DNA from: Octopus vulgaris | Lineage: Eukaryota | Direction of reading: 5' to 3' | Length of the DNA: 64,000 bases | Assembly (NCBI GenBank): GCA_951406725.2 | Contig: OX597814.1 | Location: forward strand, 126,170,001-126,234,000 | Shown: positions 1 to 12,340 of the stretch, in pieces | How the letters are laid out: every line of letters begins with the position of its first letter | How positions within the stretch are numbered: the stretch's first letter is position 1 | The notes under the pieces: generated by a model | The model's database searches: none | Seen by the model: only the letters and a program-made list of their open reading frames with translations | Told to the model about the DNA's origin: nothing | Made by a program: the position numbers and the translations under genes

Positions 1-724
1 TTTCAACTAGAATATATGTATAAATTTTCTCATAATAAAAAAAAAATCTATCTACTTCTAAGCCAGCATTGGACAGGAAATTTTCTATTTATATTTTTTA
101 TTGTTGCCAAAATATAAATAACTAGATAAATAAAATGAATGGAAGAAAATATTTTCCATCAATAATTTTCCTGACTTTGTCATAACTTGCATCTCTGCCA
201 AATGCATAGACTCTAAAATTAAAAAATAAAAAAATTCATTTGGCATACATCAAACATCCTTTGTCTCATCTAGGCAGCTGTACATTCTGGTTAGTGGCCA
301 AATGCATAGCAGTCTTCTGGTTATTAGCAGGTCAATATCTTTCTATTTCAATTCTAGAATCAACATTTTTGCAAACATCCATCTGCTGTACATTATACTG
401 TATGATTATTAAATATAAACTAATCTGTCCTTCTCCCAAACTCAGTCTCCTTTCACTGAATACAATCTTCAACAAGCAGTCCTTGCTTTATTTTCAATAT
501 ATAAAAGAGATTCTGTAGACAATCTTGTAACACTGACTTCTAATCACTCATTTCAAACATTCCTTATTTTCTAACTTTTAAAAATATATATTTTTCCTTT
601 CTATGTTTCATAAACTCTCAAATGACACTTCAGCATCAACAATTGCAGATATCCAGGAGATAACTCATTATTTTGGATAAAAAAGAAATGATAACAAGGA
701 GAAAAACAGTTTTCTCTTGAGTTA

Positions 725-872
725 TCAGATAAAGATTGATAACTCTCATTAGACACTACCTAAGAATTGGTAACTCTCATTAGACACACTAGCTAAATAT
801 TAGCAGCCCTCAAGAGACACACAAGCTTAAGATCTGTATCTCCCCATTAAGAAGCATGAGCTAAAGTTGGTA
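725..872. repeat. Degenerate ~33-bp minisatellite, about 4 copies
   Basis: taagattggtaactctcattagacac..agc repeated with divergence. Confidence 0.7.
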
Positions 873-2737
873 AATATGCCAGAACTCTTCTCTGTAGAAT
901 ACTAAAAGTGAAACATTGTTTGCATTATGATAAGGTTTTATTTAGTTTCTTATATTTACCAGGTTCTCTCAAGACTAAAACCATTTTCTCAGCCCATTTT
1001 GTGAAATTACTGTTTATTTTACTTATGGACAACTACTGATTGTTAATAACTGTTCCTATAGAACTACGGATAGACATAATGGATTTACAGAATTGTTAGA
1101 GCATTGGATACAATACCTGTAATATTTAGTGATAGATCTTTACATTCAGAGTTCAAATAGAAGAAGCAGAAGACACTTCCATCTGCCTACTTGATACCAA
1201 GCCTCTCTATTGGCTATCGGTAACCATTTATGAATAAATTGTAACATAATGTTTAATTCTGACTGGAGCTATCCGAGCCTATCGGGTTTTCCTATAATCA
1301 AGCCTGCTATTTTTGACTGCTAAATAACAAGTGGCATATCACACAATATATGCACACACACATAATGGGAGTCAACATTCAATGATGCATAACGTACAGT
1401 AGCAAGTACCATAAATAGGGAGGTCTGCAATATGTTAGCATACAACACTGACACACAGTAAGACTCAGCATATACACAAGTACATAACGCCCACCCACAC
1501 ACATACACGCACTGGTACACAACATTCACATGTAAAAGAAACACATGGCACACAACAAACACACTCATAAACACTGGTATACAACTCTCACATACATACA
1601 TGCTTGATGCATAATACAAACATATGCACCCTGGTATGCAGCATATACACAAGCCCACACACCGACACACAACACCTAAAGCACATATCACAAAACACAT
1701 ACTATTATATCAAAGAAAACATATACAAGCCATTGAGAGAGCAAGAGAAAGAGATACTACAACGTCATTCAATCAGCTAGAAATAGCCACTAAATCATTT
1801 TTGAATCACACTCTACCACTTAAAAAATGAAGGATAATGTACATTTTATTGAATAATGTAAACCAGAGTAAAATAAAATGGGCTAGTCATGTCTAGCTTT
1901 GATCATAAGACTATTCAATGAGAACTGACCTGGGTTAAGCAACAACACACAAAATATGTACTCATGTATATCAGCAAGAGCTGTACACATCAGTGGGAAA
2001 AAAAAATCTAATAGACCAATGTTTTTTGTTTGTTTGTTTGTTTTTAACAAAAATGCCTTGTGGTATTTGTTACACCTGAGTTGCACAAACATTCCCTTGT
2101 CTCTCTCACCATTTGAAATGGAGCGAAACAGTGATTGGCCTGTTTAAAAAGAAAGCAAACAAAAAAAAAAAAAAAGGCATGTAACCAATGATGCTGTTTT
2201 TCACCAAAACAAAATACAAAATAAATAAACAAATAATTGTGGACACAGCTAGAATATTGATTGGATAAATCTTTGATCAGTTGTCTCTTTATTATAGATC
2301 TTCTACTGAAATAGACCTGATTGGGATTACTCAACCACAACTACACAAAGCTAGACGGTTGTTATTGTTGTTGTTACTGTTTTATCATCATCATCATCAT
2401 TATCATCATTATTCCGATTGTTGTTATTTAGCCACCAGGTCAGCCCTGATCAAGCAGACCTATGATCAAAGGGGTTCCAACAGTGAAACACAGGTAGACA
2501 GTTTTTGAGACAGAGACAGACATTTGTAAACTGGTAGACGAGACTGGCAGGGTGGAAGGCACTATGTGAAGTATTGTGAAATTAACATATACGCTATATA
2601 ATGTGCGTGTGTGTGTATGTAATGTGATGAGGCTTTGTTTTGCAATCTCTATATACGTGTTGTGTAATGTTTATTGTGTGGGTGTGCATTATATAATATA
2701 TGCATATGTATAATATTTGTGCATATATGTGTGGGTG

Positions 2738-2775
<38 letters not shown>

Positions 2776-3098
2776 CATGGGTTTGTATTTTACAATTTAT
2801 GTGTAATAATGTGTGTGCATTGTAGGAGTTCTGTGTGTGTGTTGTGTATATAGTGTGTGTGTGTATTTGTGTGATATTTCAATATTACGCTGAGCAATGT
2901 TTTCGTATAAAGCTCCTGTTTCAAACCTCATCTATCAACACTGGCAGTTTCTGGTCTTTATGCATCAGTTTCTGGTCTTTGAGGATCTACTGTACAGTTC
3001 TTACCTGAACAGATCAGATGTCTTGCTTTGGTTTCTTCTCTTACTAAGAAATTTGCCAAAATTCTTATGGTAAAACATAGTAAATAACAGATATGTAT

Positions 3099-3136
<38 letters not shown>

Positions 3137-3287
3137 TGTGTGGAACCATATGCAATAGAATAAAACATCAGCTTCCCACATATAAATATATATACTGCTC
3201 TTCTCTTTCCTCCTGGTATTAAGGAAACCAGGAAACTAACAATTTGAAAAACCTCATAGAAATTATAAACTGCAATATATGTGTGTT

Positions 3288-3333
<46 letters not shown>

Positions 3334-3641
3334 CTGTATAGTGAGGAATAGGCTGTAACTTGTCAACAGTCAATTGAAATAGAGCATATTTATCACTTTA
3401 TACCAATTTTTCTCTTTATTCAATCCAGTTGCATTGTTCCAAACCAACCCAAAGGAAAAGGAAAGAAATCTTCTTTAGAATTTACTTTGCAGAAAATTTA
3501 ATTTCTCCATCTTTGCTTTCCCTAAAGAATGACATAAAAATAAATTTGCGAGAAGAAAAACTATAAGAAAGAAATTTTAATATTTTATATAAAATGGCTA
3601 ATATATATGTGTGTATGTATATATATGTGTGTGTGTGTGTT

Positions 3642-3695
<54 letters not shown>

Positions 3696-3904
3696 ACATA
3701 TATGCACATAGGTATCCATATATGTGTTTGAAAGTTAATGTACTTATAGTTGTACACATTTACTCACCATGGTGACAAATTCAGATGTGTTTCACTCTTA
3801 TTTGTCCTCATCAGCAAATCATAGTCTCAACATTACTGCAAGATCTTAGAATGTCCTGATAGATAGAGATATATATGTATATGTGTGTGAGTGTGTGCTT
3901 GCAT

Positions 3905-4580
3905 GTGTGTACAGCCAGCATTTTAGCTGCCCATGACAGAGTTGCAGTGCAGTCCAAAGTCTGGTAAAATAGGTAGAGTTAGAACATACATCATCGATGG
4001 CTGTGATGGTGGATAATGACTGCAGCAGTCTGTTACTTCTATTTGTCATGGACTTTTTTGCTATTGAACCAAGGTATTGTACTGTCAAGATCATGTGAAA
4101 GCTATTCCATATTTCCATGCCCAAAATTTCCTCTCTAATCCCATTATAGATTCGGTTATGAGAACTAGATCATCGGCATATAAAATTCCCATGACAGCCA
4201 GTCTTAAACTCCTCTACCATGGCCTGTAGAATGAATTAGGCAGGAACTGAGGACTAAACCTTGATGGACTCCAACCCTTCATCACTGGAATCATTGTTTA
4301 CCCTCAATTTTCTTACTGCATCTTCGCACATGGTTTGTACAGCTCTCACAAGCCATTTATCAAAGCCTAATTTCCTTAGGGACCACTAAATTACTGTATG
4401 TGATATCCTGTCAAAAGCATTCTCCAAATCAATGAATGTCAGGAATAACGGTTTACTCTTAGTCAAGTATTTTTCTTGCAGTTGTCTCAGTACAAAGATT
4501 GCATTCATGATACACCTCTTCTAGATACACAACCAAACAGCATCTCATCTAGATCTACTTTGTCACAAATCAGTTGTGCT
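3905..4580 (-). mobile_element. RTE-clade LINE reverse transcriptase fragment (pseudogene)
   Basis: Minus-strand translation gives VLRQLQEKYLTKSKPLFLTFIDLENAFDR, WSLRKLGFDKWLVRAVQ, VGVHQG and ILYADDLVL (YADD at 4169-4180); frameshifted. Confidence 0.88.
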
Positions 4581-4676
4581 ACCTATTTACATATGCATGT
4601 ATGTATGTGTGTGTTATAAGTAATTACCACTAATAGAAATAAAACACTCATTTCATTTGTAGAGTGGAATATACAT

Positions 4677-4990
4677 AATATGATATAGTGCATTAATAAT
4701 ACATTGTAATTTCAAGTTTTGTACCTGATTAATTTTAAGGAATCATCAGATGACAAAATTCAACCAGACACTAAAATATGTATGACTTATATGTTGTTAG
4801 TATGTGGAATCTCTGATATTCCAGTGATATTGTATTTGAATGCAATACTGTAAACTCCACCCACTAACAACATATATGTGAAGAGTATATTAGTAATTGA
4901 TTAAATTTTGTTATCTGAAATTTGCTTCTCATTAGCCAGGTATGAAACTTGAAGTTGAGATATATTTTCACGAACTAACTATATCATATT
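4677..4990. repeat. ~315-bp diverged fold-back palindrome
   Basis: tcagatgacaaaatt / aattttgttatctga, atatgttgttagt / actaacaacatat and aatatgatatagt / actatatcatatt are nested symmetrically about ~4837. Confidence 0.85.
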
Positions 4991-5019
4991 GTTATATAAT
5001 TGTTATTATTATTACTATT

Positions 5020-5469
5020 AAGGCAGAGAGCTGGCAGAATCATTGGATGAAATGCTTAGCGGCATTTCCCCCATCACTGCATTCTGAGTTCAAGTTCCAC
5101 CAAGGTCAACTTTGCCTTACATCCTTTTGGGGTTGATAAATTAAGTACCAGTGAAACACTTGTGTCATTGTAATTGACTAGTCCCCTCCCCCAAAATTTC
5201 AGGCCTTGTACCTTTAGTAGAAAGAATTATTATTATTATTATTATTACTATTAAGGCAAAGAACTGGCAGAATCATTAGCATGTTGGATGAAATGCTTAG
5301 CGACATTTCACCTGTCACTGCATTCTGAGTTCAAATTCCACTGAGATCAACTTTGCCTTTCATCCTTTCGGGGTTGATAAATTAATACCAAGGAAACACT
5401 GGGGTTGATGTAATTGACTAGTCCCCTCCCCACAAATTTCAAGCCTTGTGCCTTCAGTAGAAAGGATTA

Positions 5470-5530
<61 letters not shown>

Positions 5531-5760
5531 GGCAGAGAGCTGACAGAACCATTAGCACACTGGGCAAAATGCTCAGCAGTATTTCACCCACCTTTACATT
5601 ATTCTGAGTTCAGATTCCTTCGAAGTCGACTTTTACTTTCATCCCTTCAGGGTCGATAAATTAAGTACCCGTGGAACACTAGGGGTCAACGTAATGACTA
5701 TCCCCCTTAGCTAAAATTTCAAGCCTTGTGCCTTTAGTTGAAAGGATTATTATTATTACT
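5020..5760 (+). mobile_element. Three head-to-tail copies of a SINE with (ATT)n tails
   Basis: Units start at 5020, 5253 and 5529 (aaggcagagagctggcagaatc...ctgagttcaaattcc...gcctttcatcctttcggggttgataaattaagtacc...gaaaggattattatt). Confidence 0.92.
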
Positions 5761-6003
5761 ATTTTATTTTTGTTTGTATAAGTACCCGTTGCTCTGCAAG
5801 ATAGTTGCCATAATCTTAGTGAGATTGTTCATAATGTAATAATCTGTTTATTTGAAATCACTACATCATGTCTTTGATTATCTATTAATATGATTTCACA
5901 GACTCCAATTAAGATTTCAATAGAAGATATTTGTCAGTGTAAAAAGAGCATGCTAAATCAGAGTCAGAATTGGCAAGATATTCTCTCTCTCTCTCACTCT
6001 CTC

Positions 6004-6055
<52 letters not shown>

Positions 6056-6523
6056 GGATTTTTTTCAGTTAATGGAGTAGAATCCACATACTAAATCAGT
6101 TTTGTATAAAAATAGTGCTGAGACCCAGTATTAACCAGAAGAACCATGCATAATAGGTTTTGAAACCCCTTCTGCTCATGATCCACAGTTTTGCCACTGT
6201 TGGCGCTACATGGTTAGCAGTTTGATCCCACTGCATAACATTAACAGCTGGCATCCTTTACTATAGCCACATGTCAACCAATATCTTGTGAGGGAAATTG
6301 GCAGCTTGAAACTGGAAGAAGTCCAATTTATATTTTTGTATATATGTATGTGCATGTTTATGTGAATGAGTTTGTATTTTCCCTGTGTCTTTTTCACATA
6401 TGCTGTTTGTTTGCAATCCACAGCAAAAATGTGTTCATGACATTTCTTGACATATTGCATTGTCTTTATAAACAAAAAGCTCATCCAAAAATTGTCATTT
6501 GTTTCCATATTTCCATGTAACTA

Positions 6524-7513
6524 TTGGGTTGGCAACTAAGTTCCCGCCATTTTTTTTTTAATTAAAATTTTTTAAAAGGTTTAATAAAAAATAACAACTA
6601 ATTAACCAATAATGTATTCACCCTCATTGTTTACAACTTCTTCCCAGCATTCAACAAGATTTTCAATACCTAGTTGGTAGAAATCACCCGATTTTGACTC
6701 GAAAAATTGATCCAACTAAGCACTCAATTCTGCATCAGTATTGAACGAAACTCCACGCATAGCATTTGAAAGAGATTGAAAGAGGTGGAAATCCATTGGT
6801 GCCAAATCAGGAGAGTACAGCAGGCATGGCAGCACTTCCCAGCCATGCGTTTGAATGGCTTCCTTGGTCATATTGGCAATATGAGGGCAGGTATTGTCGT
6901 GCAGCAGAAGAACTCCATGCTGCCAATTAGGTCTTTTCTCTTGAATAGTCATGTTGAGTTGTTCCATTTGTTGAGCATAGAGTTCTGCATTGACAGTTTG
7001 GTTCCGTTCAAGCAATTGATAATGGATAATCCCTTCCTAATCCCACCTAACACATAACATCGTTTTACGTGGATGAAGAGCTTGTTTCACGTGCAGTGTT
7101 GCTTGTTTACGAGGGCTAAGCCATTCCTTACACTGCTTCATATTGATGTACATGCACCATTTTCTGTCGCCAGTAACGAGGTGCGTCTTTGAGGTCAAAA
7201 TTTCCATTTTTGAATTTGGCATACCAATCACAAGCGGTTCTTTCAGCTATGGCACCCTCTTCATACACAGCACAAATGTCGCAAGCAGCATTTGCAGCCT
7301 TAGAACCTTGATTAAAAGCTAAAAGAAGGAGGTGTCGAAAATGCTCATTTTTCTTAACTTGACATACCATTTTAATGATCTGAAAATAAACAAAAATTAA
7401 CTAAAATTAACTAGAAAAATAAAAAAGATTCTAAAATGATTCAAAAATAGAATTCTCAAAGAAAATAGATTCCAAAATTTAAAAAAACGGCAGGAACTTA
7501 GTTGCCAACCCAA
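6524..7513 (-). mobile_element. Mariner (D,D34D) DNA transposon, internally deleted, transposase pseudogene
   Basis: 33-bp TIRs: ttgggttggcaactaagttcccgccattttttt versus the reverse complement of aaaaaaacggcaggaacttagttgccaacccaa (2 mismatches). TA flanks at 6522-6523 and 7514-7515. Minus-strand ORF pieces give an N-terminal HTH-like region (..WYAKFKNGNFDLKDAPR), VTGDRKW, LLHDNTCPH and YSPDLAPMDFHLF, with 34 aa between the 2nd and 3rd Asp. Frameshifts and stops present. Confidence 0.96.
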
Positions 7514-7761
7514 TATATCCAGGCAGTTTGTTGTTCAATAGACTGAGAGTATTGTTGCCTAACTTAGAAACAGGTAAGGGCTGGTGTTAAGAAGTGCATC
7601 CAGCTGTAGAAAACTATCTTCCAATTTAGTTTGATACATCTAAGCACAGAAAGAAGTTGCTTAGACAGTGGTGATGATGATGATGTTGATGATAATGTGT
7701 GTGTACATGAAGGAAGACTTGGAGGTACAAGCATGGGAAATGGAACCCAATATATAAAGTA

Positions 7762-7801
<40 letters not shown>

Positions 7802-7900
7802 TTATTTATTAGCTGTAAGGCTATATGGTTCGAGGGACTAAAATTTTGTACAAGATAAATATGACCATCAAATAATAACCATCCATCCATACATAAATAT

Positions 7901-7993
<93 letters not shown>

Positions 7994-9829
7994 TACATAC
8001 ATACATATTCACTGTATTTTTGGCAAATTCCTAGAAAAGATACTGACAGTCTATAATTTATCTGTGAATGTTGATTCACTGCAAATTGTTGTTTCCTAGG
8101 AATTCAAAAGACAATTTAAGTTAAGCTTTATAGAAAAGTGCAAATAAAGACAGAAATAAATATTTAATTTAAAAGTATATTTTTACTCTTGAATTTTAAA
8201 AAAATTGTAGAAAACATTTGTTTTTTGTTTTGTGTTTCTTTTTTTTCAAAAGCTGTAGTAATTTACATAATTACAGCAAATGAATTATTTTTCTAATCAG
8301 CAAATTTTTCCAGTGCCTATTGTAGTTGTTCAGTCTATATAATATTTTTAGTTTTTGAACAACATTGAAATTGTTAGAAAAAAAATTTGTGCTTAAGTGT
8401 ATGTATATATTTGTGTTTATGTATACACACACACGCTCTCACAAACACACACACACACACACATTGTCTTTGTCGTTTGTCACCAACCCTCATCTGTTTC
8501 CAAGCAAGATAAAGTTTCCCCACACAGATTAGTGAGTACTTTCTATATTTACTGTGTGCAGGGTACCCAACTTCCTGTGCTGGTGCCTTGAAAAATGCAC
8601 CCACCGCACTCTCTAAAGTGGTTGACAAATGTACAAAGACAATGTGAGATCTCTTCAGTTTAATCTTGTTTCATGAAATGCTTTTCAACTTCTTAAGTGT
8701 TGGCACAATAAGAAAGTGTATTCTGTACACTGTATAAAGTAGCCAATGATAGGAAGGTGTATCCAGTTGTGGAAATCAAGTCAAATAACACATCCAAGCA
8801 CCAGCCTATGAGAGTATTACTTGGCACACTTACCCAATGCGTTTGCTAATTGTTTTATGTATTTATGTTGTTGTGAGCAGGCATTGCTGACCTTCTTGCC
8901 CTTCCTATGCTTGATCCATCAAAACATAGAGGGTGTAACAACTGGAGAGAAAGGAATGGCTGCACTAGTATTAGGCTGATGCTCGTTTCCATCTGAATAG
9001 ACTGGAACAGTGTGAAATGTGTCTTGCAAATCCAGGAATTGAACTCATGACTGTATGAACATGAGCCACTCTGACTATTAAGCCACATGTTTTCAATTAT
9101 GTATGTATGTATGTGTGAACACCTGATTTATCTACAGATATTCTTTTTGAACCCTCAAATACAACAAAAACCAATTTTTTACATGCAAAATGTTGTGACC
9201 TAAATTTGATATATCTGTTTACACCTTTACTTCCACACTTGACTCAGCCCTTAACAATATCAAAATTCCCACACCAAACCAAAATATACACCTTCACCAT
9301 AGGTTTCTATCAACTCATATCCTAAATACATTCTTTCCTTCTATGCTTCTCTATCTTTTTACATCCTCCTTCTCTACACAACTACTTCTTCTGTCTACTA
9401 ACACTACACCTAATTGTCACACACCCCAAAGATACAATTTACCAAAATCTATATAAAGCCGTAAAGGACCCAAGTAGAGCACAGTCTGATAAATGCAAGT
9501 AAATTGAAACATTGAAGTCGCTGTCAACCTCTTCCTTGTAAAAGTTAATAAATATGTATTCCACTAAAAAAATCTTGAATGATCCTTTGGTTTAATGTGA
9601 ATTTGTTTTTTATATATAACTTGACAAATATATTTATATATATCAGACTTTTATTACAGGAGTTGTTTCCTCATTTTTGGATTTCTGCTACATCCTGAAT
9701 TTGATGTTTCAACATTATTCTTAAATTGCCATCTTATATCATAACACACATGCAATCTTTTGTTCTTTGTGAAGTTAATGTCTTTTTGTTTGATATATCA
9801 GAGTTCAATAATAGTATATTTTTTGCGTG

Positions 9830-11185
9830 TGTGAATGAAGATAAATTTTGCAACCTATTTCTTTCTTTTTTTTTTTATACAAAACTTCAACAATAGAATT
9901 CAAATGAGAAACAAATAATTAATCTATCCTATATTTACTTGATAATTTTAACAATAATATTCCAGTTGCATAAGAATTTCAGCTTTATATGTCTTATCAA
10001 AGCAATTTCAAACCTTTAAAATTTATAGTAGATTTATATATGTGCAGTTGTAGGAATCAAATAAGTTGAGAGTTTTGTTCCAAATGAAAGTGTTATGTAT
10101 TTACAGAATAATCAGAGAAATGAAGATCAGATCACTTTTAGAGATGAATAGAGATTTTGAAGAATGTTTATTTCTTTTGTCTTTTCTTGCCCAAAAGACA
10201 TGGCATTTTATCAATATATTGATAGTCCTCCATTACAAGCCATCTCACCTTTTTCGATATGAGACAAGGTTATTACGTGCTAAGGTGTTTGTAACGATAT
10301 CAGAAGACAAGCAGGCAACTTGTGAATTATGTGGATTTACAAAGATCTCTATGAGGCTAAACATATTTGATTTCTATTACTACAAAAATATAACTTTACT
10401 ATAATTTTTTTAATTCATACACCTGTAAGGTGTATTTTATTATTTTTAAGGTATCTTATTATTTTTAAATAAATAGAAGATGGATTAATTGTTGTTTGTT
10501 ATTCAAATTCATTTTTTAAGTTTAGCAAAGAAAATTGTTGGAAAACATGTTTCTAATATGTTAATTTTAGCAACAATTAGCTTCATTCATATAAAGAAGT
10601 GAAAAACAAACATAGATGTACAGAAAGAAAGGATTTCCATTTTGGCTTAGAACAAAGTCATCATGCACAAAAGGGTGTGCAGCCATATTAGAACACACGT
10701 CTACTTGTGGATAATAGAAAGCCACAGAGTTCTCCACAAGGCACAACTAGAATAGGCGAGACTATTGCTGTAATAGAAATCTATCAATATATTGATAAAA
10801 CGCCATGTCTTTTGGGCAAGAAAAGACAAAAGAAATAAACATTTTAGGCAAAAGAAGAACAAGTAATAAGTATTGTTCAGAATCTTTACTCTAAAACTGA
10901 TTTGAGCTGATCTTCTGTTTCTATAAGTACTCTAGAAATATAAACAACACCTTCTGTTGGAATGGAATTTCAACTTAACTTATTTCTATAACAAATATAA
11001 CTGTAATTTAATTTTGAAATGGCACTGACAAGACCAGTAAGGTTGAAATAAATATGCAACTGGAATCCTATTTATATGGTTAATGAATACAAGATGTATG
11101 AACTAATACTTGTTCTTTATTCATGTTTTATTTTTAAAGTATTATAATAAAATCAAAAGTTTGGAAGACTTATCTTTGTTCATAA
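9830..11185. repeat. Long inverted repeat (arms ~9830-10250 and ~10745-11185)
   Basis: 10163-10225 and 10781-10843 match 62/63 as reverse complements; diverged complementarity continues outward through ttccagttgcata / tatgcaactggaa. Confidence 0.9.
11020..11059 (+). ncRNA. Decayed minimal type I hammerhead ribozyme (mirror copy at 9966-10005, minus strand)
   Basis: tggca CTGACAA gacc agtaa ggtt GAAA taaa TA tgcaa. Mirror arm: ttgct ttgataa gac atataaa gct gaaa ttct ta tgcaa. The consensus restores stem I ttgca/tgcaa, and the core deviations in the right-arm copy are CpG-type changes. Confidence 0.6.
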
Positions 11186-11351
11186 TAATGAAATAGGAAA
11201 TGTGGTAAGAAGTTAACTTCTCAACTACGGTTTGGTCCCACTGTGTGACATATTTAGCAGGTGTCTTCTACTAGAGCCTTGACCCAATCAAAGCAATGGG
11301 AGTGGATTTGGTCAACAGAAACTGAAAGAGGCTCTTTACATATATATAGCT

Positions 11352-11383
<32 letters not shown>

Positions 11384-11580
11384 TTAACATCCTTTGTCCA
11401 TGCTGGCATGGGTTGAATGGTTTGACCAGGCCTAGCAAACTGGAAGCCTATACCAAACCCTGGTCTGATTTGGTATGATTTCTACAGCTGGATGCCCTTC
11501 CTAACATCAACCACTCAGAGAGTGTCATGGGTCCCTTTTATGTGCCATCAGCTCATAAAAGGCTATGTATATATATATCT

Positions 11581-11961
11581 ATTAAAACAAATCTGGAAAA
11601 TTTGGTATATTTTTAATTCCATGTTACACATGTTTTCTTACAGTATAAGAAATACAGTATGAACATTAACATTGATAATAATAATAATAATATATATATA
11701 ATAAATTCATAACAAGTGTTGACATGTAGAAAACATGAATGGGATCTGCTATGCGTGGTTCCTCAGACAAATATTCAAAAAGAATATTATTTTTGAATTT
11801 TTGTCTGAGGAATTACACATAGGAGATTCCATACATGTTTTCTTTTATTATATTTATAGAATCATCATTATCGATACTAAAATTCATATATATCCTACAC
11901 TGTAATGAAACATGTAACATAGAATCAAAAACATACCAAACTTTGCAGTTTTTGTTTTAAT
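11581..11961. repeat. ~380-bp fold-back palindrome
   Basis: Core ttcctcagacaaatattcaaaaa-gaatatta-tttttgaatttttgtctgaggaa (11759-11812); outer arms attaaaacaaatctggaaaatttggtat / ataccaaactttgcagtttttgttttaat. Confidence 0.92.
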
Positions 11962-11993
11962 TTATACTTATTCTGCAAATACAATTTACCAGA

Positions 11994-12340
11994 GTGGAGG
12001 CGCAATGGCCCAGTGGTTAGGGCAGCGGACTCGCGGTCGTAGGATCGCGGTTTCGATTCCCAGACCGGGCATTGTGAGTGTTTATTGAGCGAAAACACCT
12101 AAAGCTTCACAAGGCTCTTGCAGGGGGTGGTGGTGAACCCTGCTGTACTCTTTCGCCACAACTTTCTCTCACTCTTTCTTCCTGTTTCTGTTGTACCTGT
12201 ATTTCAAAGGGCCAGCCTTGTCACACTCTGTGTCATGCTACGTTAAGGGTGCATGTGTCTGTGGAGTGCTCAGCCACTTGCACGTTAATTCCACGAGCAA
12301 GCTGTTCCGTTGATCGTATCAGCTGGGACCCTCATCCTAT
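11994..12340 (+). mobile_element. tRNA-derived SINE (tRNA-Arg-like head), young copy with 11-bp TSD
   Basis: A-box tggcccagtgg, B-box ggtttcgattccc, anticodon-arm-like gac-tcgcg-gtc. TSD aatttaccaga at 11983-11993 and 12341-12351. CpGs retained. Related diverged heads at ~60220-60310, ~47265-47340, ~46225-46300 (-) and ~9020-9090 (-). Confidence 0.9.

Noticed and set aside
1160-1340. Possible solo LTR end with PBS (aataaa...taaca-agtggc) and a ccga/tcgg hairpin
   Set aside because: No second LTR, no TSD, no internal ORF, and no convincing tRNA complementarity.
1320-1830. Cys/Val-rich and His/Thr-rich ORFs
   Set aside because: Translation of degenerate (CA)n/(TG)n sequence.
11998-12070. tRNA-Arg gene
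   Set aside because: The acceptor stem does not close, and it continues into a SINE body bounded by an 11-bp TSD.
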